Source: Antedon mediterranea
Lineage: Eukaryota > Animalia > Echinodermata
Reading direction: 5' to 3'
NCBI RefSeq assembly: GCF_964355755.1
Contig: NC_092670.1
Coordinates: 3,400,201 to 3,464,200 of the forward strand
Length of the DNA: 64,000 bases
Shown here: positions 48,321 through 61,200 of the stretch, in pieces
How positions within the stretch are numbered: the stretch's first letter is position 1
How the letters are laid out: every line of letters begins with the position of its first letter
Translations under genes and position numbers: made by a program
Notes under the pieces: generated by a model
Told to the model about the DNA's origin: nothing
What the model saw: only the letters and a program-made list of their open reading frames with translations
Databases searched by the model: none

Positions 48321-49364
48321 CTTTTGTTTATCTATCGGCAAACGCGAGCGTTTTCACACGAAAATTATACAGTCAATATCATCGTACTCAAGAATTTGCT
48401 GGATTTTATATGTTTAATGACAGGGGACACGATAATTACGCGAAAATTACTCATTCAATATCATCGTTCTCGAGGATATACGATTTACGATCCTTGCAGC
48501 GGTAGTCATGTGATGCAGTTTCAACCAATCACGTTCACGTATTTACATAGGCTATGTAATATAATTCAATAATGTGTGCAATATGAATGATAGATAGTTT
48601 GTGTGAATAGTACATAATGAATAGTAAATCCTATTCATCTCCAAAAATTTATTTTAAAACTTGCTTGAAAAAGTAAATTTATTTTCTATTACCTGCCATG
48701 TTGTAAACTTTCTGTTTTCGTTTCTAAAAAAACAAGAAATGTTGCATTAAAGGATAAATCAATCAATAATACAGGATAAATCAATTAAAAAATATCTTAT
48801 AACAATCATATTATTAAAGAAATCATAAACTAAAGTGTTCCATAGCTCATTTAATTAATTTAACACTGTATCATAAATTCCGTTTGTTAAAGGTACGGCA
48901 AAATTGCATTACATCATAATGGGGTGGTGGTACACGTGTCATCGTATAAGGACTTTGGATTTGTTTTATCGCGAAAACAGTGATAAACCGCTTAATATTT
49001 ACTTTATGCTTCATTTATCGCTATTATCGCAGTCGTGTGTGACAAAAACTAAATGTAGCCTACGTCTGTTACTATTGAAAAGCCAAAACATGTTGATTTT
49101 AATTCTAGAATACAGAAAACCGTTTCAAAAGAGGCCTACTACATACTATAACCTATTAGCCTTATTATATGAGTTTGTTTATGTAGGGAAAGAAAGCGGT
49201 GCCAGCTCATAGTATTTGAGGGCCCCTTGTCTGCATTTGCTTGTTGTTTATGGTCACCATCTGTAAACAAAGTTTAATAAAAAATATAAGCCTAAATAGG
49301 CCATTTAGAATAAAAATAAAACCCTCACATATTAGTCCAAGAGCATTAGTTCATAAGTATAGGC

Positions 49365-49960
49365 AGACCCGGAAATTTTTGGTAACAAGCTAATTTTTTC
49401 AGGAAAGGTCCAGAACTATGATTGGAACATCATACTAAAAGTCCTGAAAAATCCTCCTTGTGCTCTCCGAGAAATCCAAGATGGCGTCCAAAATGGCTGC
49501 CATTTTAATTAGTCTATAACTTTGTAACCGCTTGTCATAGAGTAATGGTTTTGGTGTCAAATAGTTCACAGTATATACATTCCTATTTGCTCTAACAGAA
49601 AATGTTGTAAAAAAATGGCCGCTACTACAGTTTCTGGTAGTTTGACCTTTGACCTGGTCTTATCAAATCTCGGTAATGGCTTGTCACAGAGAATTGAGAT
49701 TAGGCCCAAATTGTTCAGAACATGCATATTTTTATTTGGTGTAATGAAATATTTTATCCCAAAATGACCGGAAGTGAGGTTATTGACCTCTTATTGACCT
49801 ATTCATATATCTTTTACCGTATCTCAAGAAATATTTATCGTATAGCGTTACTTTTGGTGTCAAATTGTTTGGAATATATACATTTCTATTTAGTCTAATA
49901 CAACAGTTTGCCCTAAAATGCTCGGAAGTAAGTTAAAATATTGAAAATTTAAAAAATCAA
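49365..49960 (+). mobile_element. Fragment related to the left arm of the 9313-12848 element
   Basis: Shared motifs ttttggtgtcaaat, gacctttgacc and aaatgaccggaagtg in the same order. Confidence 0.55.
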
Positions 49961-51302
49961 AGAGCTGCATACGGTAGGCAGAGTATATGAGTATATATAT
50001 ATATCTGGACTGGATAGACTAATCACAATCAATTTTTTCTTCATCATTAGAATAGGAGGCCTGCTTTATTTTCGTAACACAAGAACCTGGGGAAAATGTT
50101 TTTTAATACAAAATAAAAACAATAGAAACAGAAATTTGGCTTTACTATATTTTTCTTAAATAAATGCTGAGGTATGGTGTTTTATTTACGGCAAATTTTG
50201 TCATAATTGTAGGGCTGAGATCTAGGCCTATACACAGTGGAAATAATGATGAAAACACGTGGGTAAGAGCACATGAATATGCAACTAGAAACAACCTGAA
50301 TGACGTACTTCCGTTGTAACGATAATCGTACGCTATGGGTCTGAACACCTCGTTTTTTTCTCTGCGGTTTGTAACGTGACCTTGCTAGTAACGTTGTACG
50401 CTAAAACGGTCTAACGCCACGGGTCTGAACAGGGCCTTAATTACTTCTAATTTGGCTATCAACATATCGGATTATAATACTACTAGTGTATGTTGTATAA
50501 TGAAATAATATTTGAGATTGAGTGCATGTTTTAAATGCTTTATGTAACGTCCACCAACCACATAAACTTGCTCTAGACTACAGCATCGACGTTGTCGCCC
50601 CTTATTAAACGTCTGGATTCAACATTGCTAGGCCCCGGGGCTGTCGAGTCACAGATACAGTTCACACATCATCCATGCAGCCTTGCGCCGCCGATAGGCA
50701 TTAACAGACGCGATATGAAAAAAAATCCGAAGTCCTTATACGATGACGTCACACGTACCAGCACCCCATTGGCTGATTATAACGTACCTTTAGCAAACGG
50801 AAGTTAGGATATGGTACCGTATCTTCAGCCACGGCGTTAATCTAAATATAAAATTATTCGCAAGAAATAACACAATTCTTGAATAAAAATGAGTAGCTGT
50901 GCAAAACTAAAAGTATATTAGAAATTTACAAGAAAAAAACAAACTTAAAAATTGTGATGTTCGGAAACAATAAACTACTAAAAACAGCTCTTTAAACAAT
51001 AAACTTTTAATTGGATCACTCGATCGTATAACGATATAACTAAACAACAATGTGTTATGTGTCACGTGACAGCTAGCGCTGTACTACAAAAGCGTGTTCA
51101 GAACATTCCTCCTTTTTTAGATTTGATATGATATGGGTTATAATATAAAGTCTGTTAAAATGAGCAATATTTAAAACATGGTTATACTAAAAGTTATTTG
51201 CGAAACATCAATTATCAATATCATTACTTTGTAGTGTAATTATTAGTATCATAAATCTGTGATGATCATCAAAACAACTGTTCATCAAATCCAATCAAAC
51301 GT

Positions 51303-53305
51303 TCAATTATTATTTAAATCTAATCTGTCAGGAGCCTTGCGAATTCTTCCTGATCTGCGAGGTTCCAATTCTGGTGAATTAGCTGTAGTTGTAGGTTTAG
51401 GTACAGTATCTGATAAATCATTAGGGTTGATTGAAGATTGTTCCATAGTTGTTTGGTTTGGTGTTAGCTGGTGCGGTAGTATTTCTTCAGTTTGAACTGG
51501 TAAGTTGATTGTAGTCTGCTCTGTAATTTCAGGCGGTCTACTAACTTTCTCTTCCGGAAACCGCTTTCGAATGTGGTCGATGTGTCGACGCCATTCACGG
51601 CCATCGTCCAAATGTACGTTAAAGGAAACTGGACCTAACTGATGTTGAAGCACACCAGGTAACCATTTTGGTTTACCAGAAAAGTTCACTACCCATACTG
51701 AGTCTCCCTCATAAAATGATCTCTCATGCGTTTCTCGTCCTGCTATCATTGTAGCTTGTTTATCCAGTACATGGTTCTCCATATTAGGGCAAACTAAATC
51801 AAGTCGCGACCTAGGACGTCTTTTCATTAGTAATTCTGCTGGTGACTGACCAGTAGTTGACTGTGGTGTTAATCTGTATTTTGCCAGGAATCTATATAAT
51901 CTTGACTCCAAGTCCTCACCTACAGTTTTCTTTAACCCCTCTTTCACAGTTTGCACAGCTCGTTCCGCTAGACCATTACTGGCTGGATGGTATGGTGAGC
52001 TACAGATATGTTTAATACCATTATTTTTGCAAAAGGTCTGGAACTCGTGGCTGGTAAAGGGGGTACCATTGTCTGATACTAGACTCCATGGCACACCATG
52101 AGTTGCAAAGGTTTGACGTAACTTGATTAAGGTAGCTGATGTTGTGCTTGATGCCATAATGTGTGCATCAATATACTTGCTATGAGCATCAACTATAACT
52201 AGTATCATTTTCCCTTCAAACGGGCCTGCGTAATCAATATGTATGCGATACCAGGGTTTCTCTGGCCACTCCCATGGATGCAGATTTGCTTTTGGTGGTG
52301 CTTTCCCGTACTGCTGACAAGTAGGGCATCCCCGAACAGTAATTTCTATATCCATGTCAAGATTAGGCCACCAAATATAAATTCTTGCCAATGATTTCAT
52401 ACGTACAATGCCAGGATGGCTTTCATGTAATTCTGACAGTAGTATTTCTCGGCCTTGAGCTGGGATTATCACTCTTGAACCCCAAAGTAAACATCCTTTC
52501 TGTGTGGAAAGTTCACTCTTCTTGCGATGGTACATTTTGAATTCTTCTCCCACCCCGGAAGGCCAACCTTGGAGTGTATATTTAAGAACTGCAGACAACA
52601 ATGGATCTCTTGCTGTCCATTTCGCTATCTGCGGTGCTGTCACTGGAGTATTGTTCAGCAAGTTCATTGAGAGCACAATTTCCTCTGGAACAGGAACAGT
52701 AGCTGGCACAGTGGCTAACGGCAGTCTACTGAGACCATCTGCATTGCCGTTTTGGGTACCAGGCTTGACATCTTTGCGCAGAAGATTATTTAGTGGTGCC
52801 AAAGCAGTGCTGAGGTTTCGCAAGAATCGATGATAATAATTTATCATACCCAAGTAACTTTTCAGCTCTGAAGTGTTCTTTGGGATAGGTGCCTGTGCCA
52901 CTGCCTGGACTTTCTCTTTAGTTGGGTGTACCCCTTCAGCATCTAGTTTATGCCCTAGATACACACATGACTCCTGCATAAACGTACACTTTTCTCGCTT
53001 TAGGCGTAGTCCTGCATTTTGAAGTCTAGTTAGGACAAGCATTAAGTTTGCGTTGGCTTCTTCCTGCGAAGCTCCTGTCACTAACACATCGTCTAAGTAC
53101 ACTGCAATCTTCGGAATTCCTTGTACGATTTGTTCCATCAAGCGTTGGAATATACCGGGTGCTGATGAGATACCATAACACATCCTGGTGTAAACAAACA
53201 ACCCATTTGTTGTGTTGATTGTTGTTAGTTTTTGTGACCCCTCGTCAAGCTCAATTTGTTGATAAGCATGACTGAGATCCAACTTGGAGTAGAATTTCCC
53301 TCCAG
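51303..53305 (-). pseudogene. pol: RT C-terminus and integrase; RNase H deleted
   Basis: YLDD; HHCC (HESHPG...CPTC); DDE integrase (HIDY, SDNG, AER). LRKDV|KPG joins directly with no RNase H. Confidence 0.9.
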
Positions 53306-56300
53306 CTAGCTTGGTATAAAGGTCTTCGATGTTTGGAATTGGATATCCACTTTTGCAGCAACGTTAACAGTAAGCTTGTAATCGCCACAAATTCTCACAT
53401 CCCCATTAGCTTTTAGAACAGGGACAATAGGTGCAGCCCAATCTGCAAATTCTACTGGTTTAATCACCCCTTCTGCTACTAATCTATCCAATTCAGACTC
53501 TACTTTAGTGCGTAGTGCATGTGGAACTGGTCTAGCTTTAAAGAATCTGGGTTGTACTTCCTTATCAATCCACAATTTTGCTTTATTACCTTTTAGCGTA
53601 CCAAGTTCATTTTTGAAAAGCTCTGGAAAGATCTGTGTATAGTCAAGTTTGTCTAGATGATGTACGGTTGCCCAATTTACTTTCATCTGTTGTAGCCAGT
53701 CTCTGCCAAGTAAACTTGGACCCTTGCCAGGTACTATCAACAATGGAAGATTGTAACTTTTCTTCTCATAGCACACATTCACCATAGTCTGACCTATTGG
53801 TTCGATGATCTCTCCTGAGTATGTTCGTAGCTTCGGTAAGCAATCTGTATTCAAGGTCAGGTTACCTTTCTTTATGTTTCCAAATTGTTCTTCACACATT
53901 AGACTTGTTGTCGCTCCTGTGTCAATCTCCATCATTACTGGTACACCATTAAGTGTAACAGCGCACATGTAAGGCTTCACATATTTTCCTAAGGTATCAG
54001 ATTTAAATAAAGGAAATCCATACTCATCAACATCAATTGTTGCCGCCTTCGCCGATTGTACCGGAATCTCTGTTTCAGTTTGTATCATGTGCATATTATT
54101 TGCCGGTGTGGTTGCCTTGCAAACTGAAGCAAAATGGTTTGATCGTTTACATTTATGACATTGTTTTCCCCAGGCTGGGCAAACTTTATCACGCTTCTCC
54201 GTACCATGACAACCTCCACATCCTGTGCAACGACGGTTATTTGTTTCTGGCTTTGCTTTATGTTTACCTCCTTGCTTCCCTCCATATTTCGGTTTTCGAT
54301 GTTGGTAGTACTTCTGCTTGTGTTCTACCACATGTATAGTTTTTTCTGTCTCTACACCTCCCGCCATTGCTTTTGCTTGTACCTGGGTGGCTTCTAGCGT
54401 TCGACCAAATGTAAGTAATGCTTTTAGTGTCATGTTTGCTTCACTTAAGCCCTTGTTGCGGACCTTTACAAGTTGACAGCGTTGGATAATTTGCGATTTT
54501 ATTTCCGCTTCCTTATCCTGGAACTCACAGTTCTTTGCTAGTTGGCACAACCTAGCATAGTATTTGTCCAGCAATTCAGCGGGGTGCTGGGCAGCTTGCC
54601 TGAACATGAACACTTCATACTCAACATTACGTTTAGGTGCAAAGTACTATAACATATAATATATACTTGATATTTTATGTTATGTTCCGGACTCCAATAA
54701 TAATGAAAATACACACTTCAAATTTGTATAGTGGTTTTAGATGTTTTATTCTCACTGCTTTTATATCTACACATGTGCTCGGTCTTAATTATCTTCTTTC
54801 TCTGTCGCCCTCTATCGGACGTTATGTCTTGTATATTTGGAGGGTTACATTATTCCCCCTCTCACTGAGAAGTGTCCCACTTCTTCAAATTATAGAATAA
54901 TTACAGTATTATTCGGAACATTAAATTAGTATTTAGAAATCCATATTATGAATAGTTTGATATAGGTTATTTTAGCAATTGTATATTAAATAACATCAAG
55001 TGGACATCTGTGTTAAAGGATTGGTAATTGGTAAACAAAAACGTGTTTGGTAGGTTTGGTGATTGGTAACTTGCTAACTTTATTGGTAGGTGTGGTGATT
55101 GGTAAATTGGTAGGTTACTTGGTAACATCTGATTGGTCTCAATCTAAAATAAAAGTCTCTCCGCCAATTCTACATTCTCCACAAAAAAAAAAAAATCTAT
55201 CACTCTCTGCAACAATAAAAATAAAACTCCAATCATATAATATACGAAAACCGTACATCAGCACCTCTACCTGCAACATATGAACTGCATACGAAACAAC
55301 ATTCATTCAAACTCATTCTCTGTCTAAATAACATACGAACAGCGTACCTTATAAACTGACAATCAATAAAACATACACATACATACTGTATGAACAGCAT
55401 ACAGTACAGGCCATCTTCAAACATAATCAATAAAAACACAATAAACAATCTCAAAATATTCTGGAATAATCAGGCTGATGAAAACATATTTTGACTGTAA
55501 ATGTAGATCGATGACTGAACAGGAACAGGAGGAGGCCCCCAACCACTAACTAAAAACCTGGATAAAACAAATCTATTCTACTGTAACAAACACTTGTGCA
55601 AAAAAAAATTACGCGCGCGCACGGCAAAATCATACCCTCTGCGTATATCTTGTCCTTATCTGCATCCGCGCAAAAAAAAAATGAATAAAGAAATAAACAA
55701 ATAAATAAATAAAACTGTAGAGTAACCGTTACTCTAAAAAACGTTTCGGTAATTTAACAACTCTACCACATCTTGTGGTTTCAGGAACAGAGCGATGCAT
55801 TTGTTTGGTATCCTGTTGAATATGAGGTAAAACCAAAAATTCTCTTCTTTTGATGTAGCCATTGCTAACAATTAAAAATGCAACGTGTGTCCATGTACAG
55901 TATAAATGAACAGGATCTTACACACATGGTTATGGCTGGGCAAGTATAAACACGTCGATCGTTTTTAATCTTACACAGTACTCGAATAATTAATGTCTGT
56001 ATGTAACTGCAGTAACAAGATGATCGAAGTATGAATGAAATCATATACTGTACCGTTAATTGTAGACAATCCGAAATAAATAAAATGAAATTCTGACAAG
56101 AGTATACTATCCGTACGGCGTATCGGAACGGCTCCACAGACAGCGAACGTACGGCGTAGTCCGTGCTGTGTTGTGTGGCGTGAATGTTTGGAGTCAGGCT
56201 ACAGCGATTCGATGTAGTCTTGCCGATGTAAATTACAAGAAAACTGGTCACGACACCAATATAACATATAATATATACTTGATATTTTATGTTATGTTCC

Positions 56301-56701
56301 GGACTCCAATAATAATGAAAATACACACTTCAAATTTGTATAGTGGTTTTAGATGTTTTATTCTCACTGCTTTTATATCTACACATGTGCTCGGTCTTAT
56401 TTATCTTCTTTCTCTGTCGCCTTCTATCGGACGTTATGTCTTGTATATTTGGAGGGTTACAGTACGTTGTCAATTTTTCTTTTGTTTCTAGATAAGTTTC
56501 GTTCCCCGTCGTGTGAGTTTCACTTATTTCAAACACATCCTCTCCTCCTAGGTGGAGTAACATTGCTCGTTTCCGTCCGTCATCGGTAATTGCCTTAGCA
56601 ATGAGAAAATTATCAAAACGCTTAAGCCAGCGTTCCCACCTAGTTGGTGCCGTTTCCGTGGGTTCAGATTTGAACGGTAAAATAGAAGACTTAATGTCCA
56701 T
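53306..56701 (-). pseudogene. gag-pol: gag-protease-RT N-terminus, split by a nested LTR element
   Basis: ATG at 56701; LTTY|FAPKRNVEYE rejoins across the insertion; Zn knuckle CHKCKRSNHFASVC, protease IDTGA, RT WAAPIVPVLK..RICGDYK; frameshift at ~53340. Confidence 0.9.
54648..56461 (-). mobile_element. Non-coding (TRIM/LARD-like) LTR element nested in gag
   Basis: 202-bp LTRs at 54648-54849 and 56260-56461 (2 mismatches seen), 4-bp TSD gtac, PBS TGGTGTCGTGAC (tRNA-His-like), PPT gagaggggg. Confidence 0.92.
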
Positions 56702-57131
56702 TGCTGTTTAATAATGGTCGTATAATAGTACTGAAAACTCACGTATATAGTAGGCGGTCGTTAGCCTACGGTGGTTGCTAAGTGTGAATGTGATGCGCGT
56801 CCTCGCCGGTACCGCAATGCAATTACTTCGCTGATCGGTGATATTAATTCTAGGCCTACTTGCTGATGGCCTAAAATATTGCCTTGTAGCCCAAGTAAGT
56901 AATGATTTTCTGAAGGTTCTTTGTATATTGAGTAAAATCCTCGTCGCCAATTATGTGATGTTCGGAAACAATAAACTACTAAAAACAGCTCTTTAAACAA
57001 TAAACTTTTAATTGGATCACTCGATCGTATAACGATATAACTAAACAACAACGTGTTATGTGTCACGTGACAGCTAGCGCTGTACTACAAAAGCGTGTTC
57101 AGAACAAAAATTGTGTAACTACCCTAATTTG

Positions 57132-60100
57132 GGGTGTCACGAAAGCTCAGACCACGAAAGCTCAGACCCCCTAAGACCTAAGATCACGAAAGCTAAGACC
57201 CAACACCTAAGATTACAAATACTAAGATATACTACAGCTTAAAAACAATACTTGTTTATCCATACATAATTTTAAACACAGTAGGTTTCATTTATTACCA
57301 TAAATATAATTTAATACTACCGCAAAACATAGATAAACTCACATTATTTTCGCCCGTTGAGTAAATGTATATTTTTTCTTTACAACAAACAAACTTGACG
57401 GGTTGTTTGTTGGTATATATTTACTCCATTGTGTTGGTTCAGAGGATGTTTTTCTTACGCACCTGCCTTTCTTGTATTTTGACTCCAAATTTGTTGACTA
57501 ACTTTATCCTGAACACCACACATTAAAATTAGGACTTATAAGTACTTTCAGAAGGAGAAACACATAATAACAAATAAATAAATCCTTTAAATTGATGATT
57601 TTACAGATGTGTTTCTTTGTATACTGTAATGTAACTGACCTCAAGCTCCCCATGCTCAATGTTTTTGTTTCTATGGAGCGCCAAAAGAGCAACAATAATA
57701 GTACAAGTATAAAAACAGAAAGAAAACGAAACAAAAAAACTTATCATGATTTTTAAATTAAAATTTATTTGCCAGTATTTATTTCTTCGTACTTGCATGA
57801 TTATACTATTATCATTACAATTTTAATTTTACATTGTTCCATCCACACTGTAGATGGACTCCACAGAGTTTTCAGCCCTCTATATAATTTTTGCTCTTAT
57901 GACGTTCCATAGAAACAAAAACATTGAACATGGCCCATGGGGTAGGCCTACTGTACTGTAGGCTAGTCATTTTGTGTGTGAGAAAAACGTCTGTAAAATC
58001 ATCAATTTAAAAATGTATTTGTTACTTTTTATGTGATTCTTTTTCATGAAAGTGCCAATTCTAAGGTGTGGTATTCAGAATAAATGCTAGGAGTTAAAAT
58101 ACAAGGGGGTAGTAACAAAGTGCGAGGCAGCGAGGCACGCGAGGCAGGGAAGGCATGCGAGGCAAGTCAGAAATTTATGCGAGGCATCGTTTTACCATCA
58201 TCAAAAAATGCGAGGCATCATTTTATCATTTCTCAAAATTGCAAGGCAGGAAATCACCGAAATTGAAGTAGCCTAGGCCTAGGCCCGCTAGGCTAGTTTC
58301 CTTTTGCACCTGCCTTGTATTTTAACCAACTTTATCCTGAATACCACAGCTTAGAATTAGTAGGCCTACTTTAATGAAGAAAAATCACATAAAAGTAACA
58401 ATAAATCCATTAAATTGGTGATTTTACAGACGTTGTTTTTCTCGCATTTCGCACACTCAATGTTCAATATTTTGGTTTCTATGGAACGCCAAAAGAGCAA
58501 AATTAATTAGAGGGCTAAAAACTCCATTTATATTTAACGCATTATTTGGTGAAAATCAAGTACAATTTCAATAGATTTTGTCACTGTCAGTAAGGAAAAA
58601 TGTTACTGTTGATAATGTACACGGTTTCGTTAACCTTTTAAAGAATAAAATAGAAAAATTCATCATAATATCCTTAGTAGGATGTCCTAGATCTAGACTA
58701 GGTAGTGATGTTGATTTAGGATCGATTATTATTCTTTGAAAACAGAACAGTATCAGCAGTAACATATTACAGCATTTTTATTGACAAATTAACAAATATA
58801 TTGAAATAAAACGTGTTTTTCACCAATAAATGCATGAGAAATTGACGCATTCCACTGAGTTTTAGTCCTCTATTATCGTTGCTCTTTTGGCGCTCCATAG
58901 AAACAAAAATATTGAACATTGAATAAGTGAAATTCGCGAACAGTGTGCGAGAAACACGCCTGTAAAATCATTAATTTAAGGATTTATTTGTTACTTTTTA
59001 TGTGATTCTTTCATTAAAGTACTCATGAGGTATACCTCTAAGGTGTGGTATTCACACGATAAAGTTAGTTATCAAATTTGGAGTAAAAATACAAGCGAAG
59101 GAAACTAGCGCCAGGTTTATTAGTACGTACATGGACAACAATAAATAAAAATCGTTCGTAATATACCTAGCTTACTAAAACAGGAATAGTGTATCATTAT
59201 TAAATATTACACCAATTATTATTATATCAAAATTGATTAAATTATTTTCTACATAGGCCTCTTATCTAGGTTAGGGCTAAGCATATTAGCTAAAGTTTAA
59301 TTTTAGGCCTAGTATTACAATTGTCGGACGTAAGTCTTTTTTCACACGCGCTCCAGAATTCTGTCGCAATTTTTTTCTTTGCGGCATGTTATTGGATCGC
59401 CATATCAGTTACCTTTTATTCACCGCCAGTTATTGAACTTGTCCTGGCAATCGCTGTTCACATTATTTGCGAGAGAGGTACACGTGTTGTTCCTAGAGAA
59501 TGGAAGGTCAAAAATGTCTTTGGCACGCCGCTCAGAGAGAAGTCTGTGCGTTGCTGCTGAAACCACGTGCTATAGGAGGGGAATGCACCACAATAATCCT
59601 CTGAGCTGAGGGCTGAATCATTCCGCTACCTGCTAAATAGTAAAGAGGGATTTTCCATCTCTCGGGTCTACCGGATCTAGGCGCAGGGGTGTGACAAAAT
59701 ATTATTTTCACTCTGCTATGTTCGAGAGACATGTGAGTGAACACGCTCGAAATGCCAACAAACATTGCAGTCATTTGATGAGTGTGTCGCTATAACAATT
59801 ATTGTTTATCGAAAGTTGAAGACTGTCGTTCAGATTTTTGAACCGTAGTTTGGGCACTTTTGTAAAAGTAAAATTTGACACGATATGACTTGAATGAAAA
59901 AACAATCGTTACATAAAAATAAACAACATGATGAGTGTATACACGAATCTATTTAGATACGCTTGTATCGATTGATTATTAGGCCTATAATATAGCATAA
60001 TAGCACGTTAAGATATGCCTCGCACCTTTTTGAAATTGTAAACTATATGCCTCGCATGCCTCGCACTTTTGGAAATGATAAAATGATGCCTCGCACAAAT

Positions 60101-60264
60101 ATTTGGCATGCCCCGCATGCCTCGCTGCCTCGCACTTTGTCAACACTCAATACAAGGCAGGTGCGAAAGATAAATATTTGTAATCTTAGGTGTTGGGTCT
60201 TAGCTTTCGTGATCTTAGGTCTTAGGGGGTCTGAGCTTTCGTGGTCTGAGCTTTCGTGACACCC
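57132..60264. mobile_element. GGGTGTCACG-terminated TIR element (copy 2), 10-bp TSD
   Basis: TSD ccctaatttg at 57122-57131 and 60265-60274; homologous to 4096-6783. Confidence 0.9.
58107..60148. mobile_element. Nested Mutator-like non-autonomous element, 9-bp TSD
   Basis: TIRs with (gcgaggca) repeats; TSD aatacaagg; empty site visible at ~6668. Confidence 0.88.
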
Positions 60265-60979
60265 CCCTAATTTGTTTGTATATACCTGAGCCTAATAATA
60301 ACCTACTTCAGGGTGATTGTGGCTACCATGCCAATGTATATTTACACAAAGTTCAATATGATGTTCAACCATGAAATTGCCAAGCGACTTTGTGGTTAGT
60401 ATGAAACGCCAAAGAAGTATTAAATCAGATTTTATTTATTATTTAATTATTAGTAATACTGTACAGGTAAACATGTGCACCCCTTTTGAAGAGTGGAAAA
60501 CAAAGATATCACTGTAACCTTAAAAAGCTGCTTAAAAACACCTTCCTTACAATTTGTGACGTTTTGTAAAAATAATACATATATATTACTTTAAAAACAT
60601 TAAACCAGGTCATTCCTTGTCCTAAATGTACGTTTTATGGTAAATTATGATAAAAAGTGAGAAACAATGCACTACCTAAGTAGCTCGCGGCGACTGACCT
60701 CTCGTGGACGGTCTTTAGGCCTAGCCTAGCTAGGCTTAGTTTTGTAGGTCTAGCTGGTAAACATCGATAACGTACGAACATCGTACGCTAGCTATATACC
60801 TAGCCTGACGTTGTATAGTTGCTGCATTAATTGTCTTTCTATTTTTGCCAGACTCTGTTAATACAATAAATTGGGGAAAACCGGGTATTTTCGCTGAAAA
60901 GTTAGGAGTCTTTCATTTGTTTTGGCCTCACGATCGATCGAAAAGTGGTGGGTGAATTACAGAAGAAAAACAGAAATCA

Positions 60980-61200
60980 AAGATACTATAGCGCCACGAA
61001 GTGGCGCAAGATAGGGAAGTCCTATCTCTTATACACTGCGCATGAGTGAAATTCCATGGGCAGCCATTCCGGCAAGCAAGTTACGCGATCACATACCCCG
61101 GAAGTGTATAATAAACCATTGAACCACATTCACGTGTGACGTGTTATTGTTTGTTCGGGAAGTTTTCTCGTGTTGTATTGGGTAAATTGTAGTGGTAAGT
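60980..61200 (+). promoter_or_regulatory. Candidate promoter / non-coding first exon
   Basis: CCGGAAGTG (ETS-like), TGCGCATG (NRF1-like), CACGTG, then a G|GTAAGT donor at 61195; acceptor-like tract at ~61858. No ORF identified. Confidence 0.35.

Larger units (their letters stand above)
50953..57106 (-). mobile_element. Gypsy LTR retrotransposon (Mag/SURL-like), defective
   Basis: 153-bp LTRs at 50953-51105 and 56954-57106 (1 mismatch), TG...CA ends, 5-bp TSD aaaat, PBS TGGCGACGAGGAT (tRNA-Ser-like), PPT at 51106-51118. Confidence 0.96.
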
